64,000 nucleotides of DNA from assembly GCA_046563655.1 (NCBI GenBank), contig CM102290.1:14570001-14634000 (forward strand). Reading direction: 5' to 3'. Positions 13,477 to 26,557 of this stretch are shown here, one piece after another (the first letter of the stretch is position 1; every line of letters starts with the position of its first letter). The position numbers and the translations under genes are program-made. The DNA is from Yuukianura sp. NJ FZ-2021 (taxonomy: Eukaryota). Below the pieces are notes generated by a model. That model saw only the letters and a list, made by a program, of their open reading frames with translations, did not search any database and was not told the DNA's origin.

Positions 13477-16400
13477 TCAGTCGAAGAAGATATGTTGTGC
13501 CTTAACTAGATGGTAGTACAGCCCTTTCCGTGAGATCAGTTCATCGTGTGATCCGGATTCAGCGATTTTTCCATCTTCCAGAACAGCGATCAGGTCTGCA
13601 TGCTTGATTGTGGAGAGGCGATGGGCAATGATGAGGACTGTCCGTCCCTTCATCTCTGCGTCCAGCGTTTTCTGGATCAGCGTCTCCGATTCAGTGTCCA
13701 GAGCACTGGAAACGTAAATGGTCAAAGGTCACATGATCAGAAATGTTAAAGCAAATGTTATGTGCCTCACCTTGTGGCTTCATCGAGGATAAGAAATGCA
13801 GGATCCTTGATCAGCGCTCGAGCGATGGCTATTCTTTGTTTCTGGCCTCCTACAACAATAATTGTAAATGAGCAATTGCAAGTAAAAGTAATTAATTAAT
13901 ATAGTAATATCTATTGAGAAGTTACAGGTGATGGGTAATTCAGGAATTACTACTAAAATTCTCTCAAGTGGATTTTCCTCATATAAGAGAAGTTTAAAAA
14001 ATTCTGAAATATTGTTTTTTCAAAACATCATAAGACCTTCTACGTTTCTAACGTATTGCTTTTGGAAAAAAAGTGTTGGTTAGGCTTTAGGCTACAAAAT
14101 TAGGATGATTGCACAGCTCTGGGGCGACGCCCCAGCAAGCAATGGCAGCATTCTAGTAAAAACTGAAATAATTAAACTGATGAACTAACCTGATATTGTG
14201 ACTCCCTTCTCTCCAAGGACGGTGTCGAACCCCTTGGGGAAGGCAGTGATGAAGTCAAAGGCATTGGCCTTCTTGGCAGCTTCATACACTTCTTCTTTCG
14301 TCGCATTTGGTTTTCCGTAACGAATATTTTCAAAAATACTAGTTGCAAATCTAAAATTCAAATTCTCAATTAAAGTAATTTGTAAAGTAATTAGTAATTG
14401 ATTAATTCGTAATTAGGGGGATAGACTTACAAAATGGGTTCTTGGCCAATGACTCCGATCATCTCCGAGTTGAGTTGCGTGTGATCAATTTCCTGGACGT
14501 CGACGCCGTTCATCGTCACTTTCCCTTGTGTAGGAGCATGAAGTCTATTGCAAACAAATTGCCGGAAATTATGTTTTTGATTAACTTCGTTTTTTTAGTT
14601 CAGTTTTAGTGATCTTACGCTTGAAACAGGCCGACCATTGTTGATTTCCCAGATCCCGAGCCACCGATGAGAGCCGTCACCTTGCCTTCAGGAAGTTTCA
14701 GACTCAAGTTCTTGAGAAGCGATGGTCTACCCGGGTACTGGAACCCTACGTTCTGGAATTCAATGTCGCCAGTCAGCTGGGCATGGTCGTATCGCTTGCC
14801 AAGTCGAGGTCCAGCATCCAGCCTAAAACATAAATTAATTGATGCAATTTAATCATTAATCTACAACTTCAACAACGAAATTTAACGTTTACGTCGCATA
14901 CCTAATGAACTCCTGGACTCTAGCGAGGGATGCGAGGCCCTTGATGGTCATTCCGTACACTTGACTAAGGTTACTAAGACTTTTCTGAAAATTTAAAAAA
15001 AGTTGGAAAATTTTGAAACGAGTAATTGACCAAAAATTGAAGAGTTAAGTTAGTTATTAAGTGAAGTTTTTACCTGAATTGTTTGAGAAGCTACCATGAA
15101 CGTCATTAGGTTTCCGGGAGAGAGTTCATGTGAAGCAATTTTTTGACCTCCGAAGTACAGAATGGACAAAACAATGCCGTTGAGAAACAGGTTTGTTCCA
15201 GCCTGGAAGATTCCGATTCCTCCTGCAAGGTAAATGTTCCGTTCCTTCAGTTTTTGTGATTCACGAGCATGGAGGCGTGACTCAGTTTCTTCCATTGCGA
15301 AACTCTTGACACATCGAATGTTACTAAACGCCTCTTCTGCAATTGAAGCCAAGTAGATTTCCTGACAGCAACAAAACAAAATCAGCACTCCCAAAATGTT
15401 TCCGGTTTTACGTAATTTTTACCTGTCGTTGAGCTGCGTTGGACATTGTCCGTAAGAACTGTCCAACAGTAGTACCAAGTAGAATCACAGTCGGTATAAA
15501 TATTACCATAAACTTTGCTAACGGTGGAGAAATGAGGTAAATTGAATAGATACATCCGATGCTCTGTAATGACAAACAATCAAAACGTTTTTCAAGGAAT
15601 CAAAACGTTTTTCGATAAGTAATTAGCTCAGTGACAGTTCGTTTTAAGCAAAGTGGTTACCTGACTACATGACCGAAGTCCCTGGCTAAACGCTTGTTTG
15701 AAACAGGACTTGAATTCCTGGACATCTAGAACAAAAAAGTTCAAAAATTTAAAAAAATTAAGCCCAAAATAGAGAGATTCGTGTTTTGCCTTACCTGACG
15801 TTAGTCGACTAAGAATTTCACCGGTAAGGCGCGTATCGAAGAAACTAATTGATTGGTTCATCATTGAAGTAAAGTATTTGTTCCTCAAAGTGTGGGCCAT
15901 CCGCTCAGCGGAGACGGACAAAGCTAAGATATACGTAAAAGTTGCCAAACCCTGAAAGTAATTGACAGTGGTATTTCAATTAATTAACTCAAGCTGATTA
16001 ATTCCATGCGAGATACTTTACCTGCACCAAGTAGAGCTGCATACAATGTAGAGCTGGAGGACCCAAAGTGGCTACGAAGTCCTTCGTTGCTGTAGTTGTT
16101 AGTAGATCAACAAAATTACCAATGAGATGCGGAATTTGTATGTTAATCCAGGCTACGAGCAGTGCACTCTGTATTAGTAGTTGAGGAATTAGTGACTTAT
16201 GGCCTAAGCAGTAGCAACTAATGAAAGTGAATTTTTAGATAATCATGTTACCGAAAATGCAACGATGATGTACCACTTTTGATTCCACAGCATGCACAGA
16301 AAGTCATGCCAGTCAACTGGCACAGGATCTTGGATTCTACGGATAGGACCTTGAGCATGGTCAGGAGATGACCTCAATCGATCACATTTAGCGACGACTA

Positions 16401-16563
16401 GCGACTGTTTGATGACATAATAGGAAGCTACTCCACCGGATCCATACTTGATAAGCCCCAGCAAAGGACTGTTTTTCCCTTTGGCCCAATTCCCAACTTC
16501 CGGAGGAACTTTCTTGAGTAACTGGGAACAGCGACCAGCATTCAGCAGTAGTCGGCTCAGCAT
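13477..16563 (-). CDS. ABCB8: Mitochondrial ABC half-transporter ABCB8, about 12 coding exons
   Basis: [53 protein letters not shown], Walker [11 protein letters not shown]-loop GQEPILF, signature [15 protein letters not shown], Walker [21 protein letters not shown]-terminus [12 protein letters not shown] is presequence-like; splicing to the upstream exon puts an in-frame stop before ATG 16563. Confidence 0.92.
14119..14157 (+). mobile_element. Helitron-like 3' terminus in an ABCB8 intron
   Basis: GC-rich palindrome ctggggcg-a-cgccccag (14119-14135), then CTAG|T 17 nt later (14153-14157), in an AT-rich intron. Confidence 0.45.
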
Positions 16564-17350
16564 TGTTCTACTTTCTTCGTTTATCGATGGTACTGCTTCA
16601 GTAGTGCTGTCCGAAAGATTCTGCAAATAGAAATACAAAACACAGTTGTAGTTTTACCGTGAGAGTTAATGAATGCCTAAATATGATGTTCACGCATACG
16701 CAAAAAAGCGTTAAAAACTTACCGATTACTAATTGGTAACGTTCACTGAAATTTTTGTGACACTTGTTGAAGTTTTAGCAAAAGAACAGCTGTATGTATG
16801 TGTAATCATTACACCTAAATCTCAGCTATCGCAGAAAAGCGTTAAGAGGTCTACTTAAGTGTGCTGAAATCCTTTGACTACTAATCAAACCTTAACATTC
16901 TAATTATTTTATGTAATTAATTAATCAACTTATTCCTTCCTCGACCTCGGTGCATCTTATACTCCGCACTGCACAGCACAAAAATTCAGAAAGAGAAATA
17001 AATCAAAATGTCAAAATTAATTCAAACGAAATTTCAACTTTCCCGCTCCCGCCAAACACTGTCAAGAAATCAAGAAAAAAAAAAGTCAAAAACTAAGAAA
17101 AGTAAATTAATGTAAGTAAATTAAGTTAATTAGTTAAGTCAACAGCGAATTAGTTTAATCAAAAAATACGTTACAAGAACAATCTCGATATTAAATTAAT
17201 TACTACTAGTGAGGTACTACTGCGTTTAGTCAGAGAGTTCATAAGCACCAAGGAATTCTACATTTAAATTATACGTTATAAATTACTACAAAAACGTCAA
17301 ATAAAAAAGAAAATGACTAAACTGTGGTATCAAAACGTTGAAATATAAAA

Positions 17351-18817
17351 CTAATGACTGTTGAAGGTAGCCAGAGGCTCGTCCAAATTGTCCAGAAGAA
17401 CAGCTTTGAGCGGAGTGAGGTCAATGGTTGAGGAGATTTCTGGAAAAATTCCAATTCCGTCTGAGTCTGAGATTTCTTGAAATGGTGCAACTGCTGCCGA
17501 CGCCGAGAATTCTTGAAATGGTGCAATTGCGGGTGAGATTTCTTGGAATGGTGCAATCGCTGGTATCAATTCCTGAAAAGTTGTCGCCTTCTTGCGATCA
17601 TCTATGGCAACAAGGTCATCCAGACGCAAAAGATCCTTGGTTTGACCTTGATACGGAACAGTTCCGACTTGATTTCCATCAAATGACATGTCCATGATAA
17701 TTTCAAACGTCGTCAGATCAATTGACCCTGTAGATGTAGGAGTAGAAGTATTGTGATCCAATTGTGGAGATTTGATTTCCAGTGGCAAGAGTTGGACTGC
17801 AGCAGGGTCTTGACGTTTACGAAATCCCGCTGCAGTAAGCATATCCACTTCTGCTTGGCTCAAACGGGAGCGGGACGACTTCTTTTTCGGTTTCTTCTCT
17901 GGACGTGGTGTTGGTGTATCGTCCGGTTGAGCTTCAGTGGACCACGCCCTCATTTTCTTATGCTTCCGATTATGCTTATGCTTGTGTTTTCGGCTTCGTT
18001 CAGTCGATCCATCCTTGGCTTTTGAGCGAACATCCACCAATCGTTCATCATAAACTCCAAAATCCATGGAGGAATCAAGTCCCCTAAAAATAAAAAAATA
18101 CAGGTTCTAATTTTCGCCTTTTTGTGTGTGGGTAATTCTGCTCGCCTTACCTCTCTCGTCTCATTGCATGAAAAGACATAGGATGTACGTCGTGAAAAGA
18201 CTGCGGATGTACGTCGGTACGCACTGGAGCGTTCGGTTTGCCTTCCATTATAGCACAATTGACGTTCTCAGAGAACAATTCCCACACAGTTTTTCTTCTT
18301 GGACGACGTTCGGGTCGTACAGTAGAATCAAAATTGAGTGTTATCCGGTTCGAACTGGAGGCTGACATACGACTGCGATGTTTCTTATACGCTGTCTGGA
18401 TTTGATTGACGAATGCCAGTAAATGGACGTCTTTGGCCACGTTCCTGGCTCTGCCGTAGTCTGGAAGATGAGCCGGAGACCAATTTTGTCTAGAAACCCA
18501 AGTTTTTAAATATTTAAATTAATCTAGATTAACTTAAGTCTCTTCTGATTACAAAGAAGCAACAGGTATAGTCGTGTAGTGCTAAGGCTTACGCAAATGC
18601 TTCGTATCCGTCTGAGTACGTCTTCTTGAACTTTGCCAACCCTTTGTCCCGATTATCATTCGTTTCTGTATCTGCGTCGTTATCTGAGTCATTCATGTCA
18701 ATGTGTACAAGATCTAAGTAAAATCAATTAATTCAATTACCGATATTGACATTAGATGCAAAAAAGAAATCGATTAACTAATTTCTTACCTACTTTTCTT
18801 CTCTCCTGATTTTTCAT
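17351..18817 (-). CDS. Uncharacterised 406-aa low-complexity protein, 4 exons (18817-18790, 18713-18593, 18489-18151, 18083-17351)
   Basis: Three GT-AG introns join the exons in consistent phases (1, 2, 2) into a stop-free 1221-nt frame, MKNQERRKVDLVHIDMNDSD...RSRKHKHKHNRKHKK...LATFNSH*. No family recognised. Confidence 0.7.
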
Positions 18818-19432
18818 GCCTCAGCCCAACACATCTCCTCTCCACATCCGTCTACTTTTGCCTGTGCTTCTTGCGACGCAATTTCTTGATAACAACGCAA
18901 TTAGTAAACGTTTAAATTTCAATTTAAAACGTCAATAATGTCAAGCTCAATAAAAAAAAAAGAGGCAAATTGTAAACCAAAAAATTCAAAAAGGAAAACT
19001 GGGGCCTCTTGAATCTCAATTCAAAAATTGGCGGAATTTTCAAATCTGAAAGTGAATGTTTCAATCCGGTAGGTCTAAAAGCTACTTTGCGTTACAGAGA
19101 TGGGCACATTTTGACTATTTATTAACATTGAAGAATATTCATTTTGAATAAAAAATACACTCGAATAATAATGTTTTTACAACTTTCCATAAATAATTAA
19201 TGAATAGTAATTACTAGTTACTTAGTAATTAGTTTGTAGTTACTTGCAATTAATTGGACAACTTCTAATTGCATTCTAAAAGTTTTTCATGCCCAGCACT
19301 GAAAGTAGTAAGAGGGTGCAGTTGGCTGAATTTTCTCATTTCTGAGGGAGCGGTGTTCAGAAAAATTTGCGGATCCGATTTTTTAGAAATTAATTGTTCA
19401 ATTTTCAATTGATTTTGGTAAGTTGAGGAACG

Positions 19433-19948
19433 ATGGCCACCGTCCCTCCATTGGAGCAACCTTTCCGCGTATCACCACTCATCCGGGTAAGTTGTATTGA
19501 ATTAGTTGCAATGCAGTCACATCATTACTGCCATGTCCATAAATGGCACTCGTGCTCATCTCATAAAAGGTCATCGAGATCAAGGTCATCTGTGCTAATT
19601 CTGAGGTCTGTTTGGATTTTTAGGTGGGGCGATGGACTCTGCTTGGTTTGGGCGTTATGTGGGGAATCTCACGGCAGCGGTCACTTCACAACAGAGAAGA
19701 GAAGATCCGAGAAATTCGTCGTCAAGAGAAACCTGCTAAGGATGCTGCCGCGGCTGCCGAAAAGGCTGCGAGATATAGAGGTACACTTAACTAATTAACC
19801 TAAGTACTGCTGGGTTTAACATTTCCTCATTCTGTTCATGTAATGTTGACCTAAACTAAAACTAATTGTTGTCTGTTTCTTGTTACTTGCAGAGGACATG
19901 ATTAAATTGGCCAAAGACACTGGAACTCCTGTGCCGCCCAACTTCTAA
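19433..19948 (+). CDS. ATP5ME: Mitochondrial ATP synthase subunit e, 3 exons (19433-19486, 19624-19780, 19893-19948)
   Basis: Spliced MATVPPLEQPFRVSPLIRVGRWTLLGLGVMWGISRQRSLHNREEKIREIRRQEKPAKDAAAAAEKAARYREDMIKLAKDTGTPVPPNF*: VSPLI[KR]xxR motif, GxxxG transmembrane segment (GVMWG), charged coiled-coil tail. Confidence 0.9.
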
Positions 19949-20082
19949 GTCAACCGACCGCTACCACTCCGATTATAGTAACGAATTCAAATAGAAAAAA
20001 TGAAAAGTTTAAGCTCATCTTTCAAGTATGACTGCTTAGACTCAACAATGAAACAACTACAAAGTCAGATGCATAGTGTTTA

Positions 20083-20106
20083 AATAAAAACTAAAGTCTC
20101 TTTATT
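20083..20106. promoter_or_regulatory. Convergent polyadenylation signals of ATP5ME (+, 20083-88) and PFAS (-, 20101-06)
   Basis: AATAAA on each strand, 12 bp apart, within the 197 bp between the two stop codons. Confidence 0.55.
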
Positions 20107-20145
20107 CCTGTTTTCTACCACTTTGTCATTACTACTTGTAACTTT

Positions 20146-23100
20146 TTACTGATTTTCAACACACCAATCATGAGCATTCACAAACATTTGGAGCCACGGT
20201 GAAGCTGGGCCCATTTGGCTCTTCATCTCTTCCGGCATCCATGGCCACTGCCAGGGGAGGACACACCGTTCTGGATGTGGCATCATGGCCAAGTGTCGTC
20301 CATCGTGACTCACCAAACCAGCAACGCCATCTACAATTTCATCAATTACTAATTAGTCATTACATCTTAAAGGTGACGAGGTCAAAGGTCATCTTCTTAC
20401 GTCGACTGCCGTTGGGATTCATTGGATACTCTTCTGTCTCCTTACAGTTGTCATCAACATAACGAAGAGCGACGCAGTTCTGTTTCTCCAGTGTTGCCAA
20501 CACAGTTGGTGACTGGTACTCGAATCGTCCTGGTGGTAAGTAATCGATTAACTTAATTAACCGATTAATCGGTAACTAATTAATCCGTTTTGTCTTAGAC
20601 ATAGAATGTTACCTTCACCGTGGGCCACCCAGATTCCGAGGACTGAGCCCGCCATGTTGCCAAGCATGATGCTGTTTGTCTTTTCAATCCGAACGGCCGG
20701 AAATCTGGATTCGTATCTTTCGGAACTGTTGTGATCCAGAAATACTTCTGGAGCCACTGGAACGTTTCCTTCTTGCATCTTGATCGAAGTTTGTCTCGTG
20801 TTTGTGCTGCCTACCCACTGCAAAAGGGCCAACAGCTGACAGCCATTGCAAACACCCAAGCTGAATGTGTTGTCACGTTGATGGAAGTTGTCCAACTGGG
20901 CCTTAGCGTACGGATGGAACAGGAAACTGGCAGCCCAGCCTTTAGCGGAACCCAGCACATCTAGTAACAAAATACTGCCGGTTAAGAGGTGTCCGTGTTA
21001 CGTTGAGGGGTCACATGGCTCGAGAGACAAAGAACAAGAGTGTCGAAAAAATATGGACCGAGTGGGATTCGAACCCAAGTCTCTTCAATCCGGGAACAGC
21101 TCTAACCATTGAACTATCTGTCTCAGCTCATTTCGCTGACATGTCACCTTACCTGCGTAGCTGAAACCTCCTGGAAACACGATTCCTCGGAACCTGTCCA
21201 ATGTCACCTTCTCTGCGACGATGTCCTGCATAGCGATGTCCCATACTTGGAATCCAGCCATGTGTAGCGCCGCGACCATTTCACGGTCACCGTTCGTTCC
21301 TTCTTCTCGAATCACCGCCACGGCGGGACTGGATGCTGGAAAGGTAAAACGTTTTTTTCAAAATTTAAAACGTTTCCTTTGAAATTGTTTGAAATTTGTT
21401 ATGTTCAGGACTTACTGAGTGCTGGACCAGAGTGGACGTTAATCTTCTTAGAATTTATCAATGTTCGGAAGTCAGGTGATCTTCTGGAAGAGTACGAATT
21501 GAACTCGGACGTGACACAGATCGGATTGGCCTGACGTTTTTCCAACTGGAAGCTCGTGTCTTCCCAAACTGTGAGCAGGTTGACAATGCTATCTTCTACT
21601 TGCGGCTCACCGTTGACACTAATTTCAACTCTTCCCGCCGGTCCGAATTCGGATGAACAACCAATCGGGAAGCAGGGGACATTTGACCGTTGGAATTCCG
21701 ACAAAACTTTCTCGATGTGATTTGAACCCACTTCTAGGACCCACCCAACCTCTTCAGCAAACAAAACGTTCACGGCGGGACTTGCCCCTTTGTGGGTAAC
21801 GTTGGCCTTGAACCCACAGAACCCACCGAAACCCATTTCCAAAAGACAGGTCACGAGACCTCCGTCACTGATGTCATGCCCAGCCAAGATGTGTCCATCT
21901 AAGGTACCGAAAAGTTGATATTTTCAAAATTTCAAAAATTGATATTTTCAAAATTTCAAAAATTGACATTTTTTATCCAGTAGGTCTTACCTGAAATCAA
22001 CTTCTGTGTGGCCTTGAAAGCACGGACAAAAAGCTGTGAATCTTCCAAATCCGAAACTTCGTTGCCAAGTTGGTTGTAGCACTGCGCAAGCGCCGTTCCG
22101 CCGAGCCGTGACTTTCCATTTGACAGGTCAATGTAAACAAGCAAACCCTCTTGACCCATAGCCGGAGCCTTGAAGTCTGGAGTGACCAACTTGCGGATGT
22201 CTGGACACGGTGCGTAGGTGGACACGACAAGGGTCCCTGGGGCCTTGACAGTGTCCTTGCCCAGTCTAGCGGCCATGGACAACGAATCTTTTCCTCCGTC
22301 AACGGCAATTCCAAAGTCCTTCATGACGTCACACATTGCCTCACAGGCGTTGAGCAGAGCAGCGCCCTCTCCTGGCAACTTGGCAGCCCACATCCAGTTT
22401 CCACTGCATTTCACATCCTACCAATTCGTCAATATATTATATTACAAATATATACTGTATATAATATAATATATAATAAATATTTGTTACCTTGATGTCC
22501 GAGATGACCGCAAAGACCAAGTTGGACATGGCTTCAGCCACGGTCATGCGAGCACCGGCTCCTGGGTTCAGTAATCCCTTGATCGGCTGTTCTCCAATTG
22601 ACGTCGCAGAGCCCGTCTACAACCAAAGGAATTCTGGATTAAGTTGGCTGGCACACCATGAAAATGTGCTGCACATTATACAATATTAAAAAAAATATTT
22701 TGGAATTTTTTAAATTTCCATAAAACACACTTTAGAGAATTTGATAGCCTAATCCCGACTTTTTCCAAAAGTCCTTCTGTGGAAAGTTAGAAGGTGTGAT
22801 GGAGTTTTTAAAAATCAATATTTTGGAATTTTTCAATTTCTCATAAATGAGGAAAATAGACTTTAGGGAATTATTTTAACCAGCACACGTGACCAGAAAA
22901 CTTACGGTTCCAAAGTGTGACAAAGCAATGACAGCTACATCGGCCAGCGGAGTGTGAAGGGGTCCAACGCACTGTTGCTGAGCAACGAGTCCTGTCACGG
23001 ATCGATCCACTTTGTTCGTCAAGTATCGCTTGCTGGCAACAGATGGAAGGCGCAGAACTCGCTCCAAAGCATCACGCACTTGGAGGTTGAGCGGCAACTG

Positions 23101-26100
23101 GAGCGGTTGAAGAGCAGCTCTGAACTTTTCAAGCTGAAACTCCTTCTGAGGCATTTTGCCAAGGACGAACTCCAGGTCAAGGTCAACTGGGTTCTTCGCT
23201 TTGTGGATTGAGGTCAACTGCTCAGACGTTGGAATCTCCACGACTCCATTTCCAGTGCATTCCTTCTCAGACAGTACAACCTACAACGACAAGGTTCGTA
23301 AAGTCTCAAAAAACTCAAAATTCTGAGAAAACTAAAATTTTTTGAAATTTTAGAATTTTAAGTTACCTTTCCATCGTCCATGACAACTCCAACAAATGAC
23401 GCTGGGCAGCGTTCTCGATCAGCGATTTCCTGCAGCAGTTCAACATGTTCCTTCTTGCACAAAAGAGCATCGCTTTCTTGGTATTCAGCGCCCCACAACT
23501 CAAGCGTGTTAATCGTTGGATCACCCAGTTGAAATCGCTTCGTAAAAATCACAGCTCCCTTGGGCTCTACAAGTTCCTTCAACACGTTACCTGAAAAGTA
23601 ATTAACACATTTAATTAATATATTTTAATTAATATTTTTATATTACATTTTGAATTATTTTAAAATTTACCGTTCCCGCCAGCCCCTTGATCGTGAATGC
23701 TGCAAATAGGATTGTTCGGTCCGAGTTCCTGGCAAGACCGAATGACTCTGTTGAGCTTCTGCTCCATCTCGGCATCTCCTCTCTGCACAGCGTTGAAGTC
23801 CAAGTGAGAGGCGTTGTCACCTTGGACCTAATTAATATATTACATTAATATAAAATTATATGTGAATAAATTTTATTTGAGTTACTTGGACAGAGCTGGC
23901 GGATCCTCCTCCGACTCCGATGCGGTAAATGGGCCCCCCCAGCTTGACGACTTGCATGCCCTTCTCCGGAGTCATTTTTTGAACCATATCTCCCTCCATG
24001 GCTCCAATCCCACCGCTGAACATGATTGGTTTGATGTACTCTCTGCGCTCATGTGCAGTCCCTGGAAGGACCATGCCAAATGACCTTGCGAATCCGGAGA
24101 TGACGGGCTCTCCGAACTTGTTGCCATAGTCACTGGCACCGTTGCTCGCCTCCACGGCCACTTCCACGGCGGGAGCAAAGTTGTCTGGATACGGCAGAGA
24201 AGAGTCCTCCCATGGCAGAGAGTAGTCTGGAATGAGGAGGTTGCCGAAAGAGTAGCCAGCAGTTCCTGCGATCACATGACCTCCACGACCTACGGCCTGC
24301 ACGTCACGAATCCGACCTCCAGTACCAGTAGTTGCACCGCTGAAATGGTCAAAAGTAACGAAAATGGTCAACAAAAAGGTCAAATTGTCGAAAATCGTCA
24401 AGAAAAAGTCAACTTTTCGAAAATGTTCAAGAAAAGGTCAAGTTGTCGAACATGGTCAGGAAAAGTCCAAATTCTCGGAAACGTCCAAAAAAAAAAGTCA
24501 AATTGTCGAAAATTTACAAGTTAGTAAACTTTTGAAAATTTTGTGTTTTTTTTTTGGTCTTTTTTTTTGTTTTTACCTGAATGGAGCAACTCCTGTTGGG
24601 AAGTTGTGTGTTTCTGCTGTGAAGATGATGTGACGCTGACCTTCTTCGACTGTAAAGTGGCTTGGTTCTGTGACCTTCGTGGGCAGCAGTTTTTTGACGT
24701 CGTAGCCAATGATGGCGCTGCTGTTGTCGCTGAATTTAATGACGTTGTTCTGATTGGTCGTCTTCTGCGTGTCAATGATCATGTCAATCAACGACTTCTC
24801 ATGTGCTTGTCCGTCAACCACCATTTTTCCCTGAAAATTTCAAAAACAACAACATTCAAACTAAAATTCTGCATTTTTTCAAAAAAATTTCCAAATTTTT
24901 TAAAACCTTGAAGAACCAGTGTCGGCTGTGCTCACTGTTTGACTGTGCCAAATCAAAACACTCCACACTTGTAGGATTTCTGGCCAATTTATTTTTGAAC
25001 AATTCCGTGTAGTAGTCCAAATCCCAATCGTCAAAAGCCAATCCTACAAAATTTCAAAATTTTATTTCCATTTCAATATTTAGGTTATTCAATATTCAAT
25101 ATTCAATATTTTATTTCAAAATTTTCACTTTCTCAAAGTGGGGTCAATCTCCCAGAACACAACTTTTTATAAAATCTTCCACAAAATGTACAGTTTCGCC
25201 ACCAAATTCAAAATTTTATTTTAACTTCAAAATTTTCACTTTTTGAGGTCAAAGTTTTCGTACAGTTTGAAAAATCGGCTTCCACAACTTTTGCTTAAAT
25301 CGTTTTATCCACAAAATCTGCGCTTTTGCAAAATTCAACAAAATTTCGTACTTCTGAAGCCTAGCCGCCATTTCATTTCAAAATTCGAGAAATCAAAATT
25401 GCCTTTTTGACCATTTGGACAAACCGTGTGCCATTTTTTTTGTTTCACGGTGCAACTGACATAAAATGTGAAACATTGACTTGAATTCTGAGCAGAATTA
25501 CGCAAGAGCACAACGTGGCTAAAAGGCTTAAGCAGATTTAAAAGTGATGCAAGGCAGATCAATTTTCCTACTCTTTTTCCACATTGAAGCAGATGCGAAT
25601 GACTCAAAACTGTTTTTTATGCTTTAGTTCTTATCGGAGATCTCTTAACATTACTTAATCTCTGGGTTGGGGAGCTATAAGGCTCTTTTGGAAGCGTGAC
25701 CTCTTGACCTCTGTCTATACACAAGAGGCTGGGCATGATAGACCCTCTGATAACACTTCCCAAATCACTCCTTTCTTACTCAACTTTTCAAAAATACTTT
25801 TTTCAAAAATGTTCAAAATTTTGAAACTTACCGAGATGGTCGTTTGCTTTTTCGAGAGCAGCGCGCCCTTGTCCTAAAATGTCAACTTCGTACCACGGTT
25901 CTGGAGTGTGTTCCAGCTTAAAACTTGAAAGCGGCTCCAAGTAGCGTGTTTCGGTCATACGGTCATGCAGGGCAGCCACGACCTTTGACCCCAAAAAAGT
26001 AAAATTTTGAAATTTTGAAATTTGGAATTTTGAAATTTCAAAAAGTGATTCATACCTTGTCCCCAGCTGCCTTGATGTCGTCCATGTTGGCCGTTTTGTC

Positions 26101-26557
26101 GTATGTGATGTAGTAGCGTGTTGAAAGTTCGACGCGCGAAACTTGCGTGAGTCCAACGGAATGGAAAATTGAGACAGCGTTGGACGAAAATGCAGTGGAG
26201 AAGTTGAGCCTTCAAAATTTTGATTTTTAGAATCGGAAAACTTGAAATTTCGAAAATGTTTTGACCTCACCTTGGTCCAATTTCGACAAGGCGTGACCTT
26301 TCATCAGGGACGAGTGGCAATCGGGTGACATCCGTGAGTGAGTTTAAGTTTAAGACGTTGGCCAGAATCCAGCGGAGGTGGAGCAGGTCATGGTCACTCA
26401 ACTTGGCACTGATTTCGACATAGTAGCAGGACTCTGTGACGAGGGACTTGACCGGTGCAGGGTCAGAGGCCTTGGCGATGAGGGACCCCTTAAGGGCCAC
26501 TCCACTGGCCGACAGTCCTGGTGTCCGGTAGAAACGAATGATACTTTCAGTGGCCAT
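20146..26557 (-). CDS. PFAS: Phosphoribosylformylglycinamidine synthase (large PurL type), about 16 exons
   Basis: VEIGPR, DLAQSNSEHSRHWFF, AETHNFPTGVAPF, GATTGTGGRIRD, ASNGASDYGNKFGEP, KRYLTNKVDRSVTGL, DGGKDSLSM, GHDISDGG, glutaminase LGVCNGCQ and MMPHPER; ends SPWLQMFVNAHDWCVENQ*. Confidence 0.98.
21055..21123 (-). mobile_element. Degenerate tRNA-like sequence (tRNA-derived SINE head or tRNA pseudogene) in a PFAS intron
   Basis: Minus strand agacagaTAGTTCAATGGTTAGAGC...GGTTCGAATCCCactcggtcc: A-box, B-box, 5/7 paired acceptor stem, poorly paired anticodon arm, followed by a T6 run. Confidence 0.65.
24360..24513 (+). repeat. ~29-bp minisatellite, about 5 copies, in a PFAS intron
   Basis: Units such as gaaaatcgtcaagaaaaagtcaacttttc and gaaaatgttcaagaaaaggtcaagttgtc. 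Confidence 0.85.

Noticed and set aside
14431..14640. ABCB8 GLFQALHAP in place of the usual LLERFYDP
   Set aside because: All catalytic NBD motifs are intact; treated as ordinary divergence, not pseudogenisation.
21055..21123. Functional tRNA gene
   Set aside because: Anticodon arm does not pair and the acceptor stem has two mismatches; kept only as tRNA-derived.
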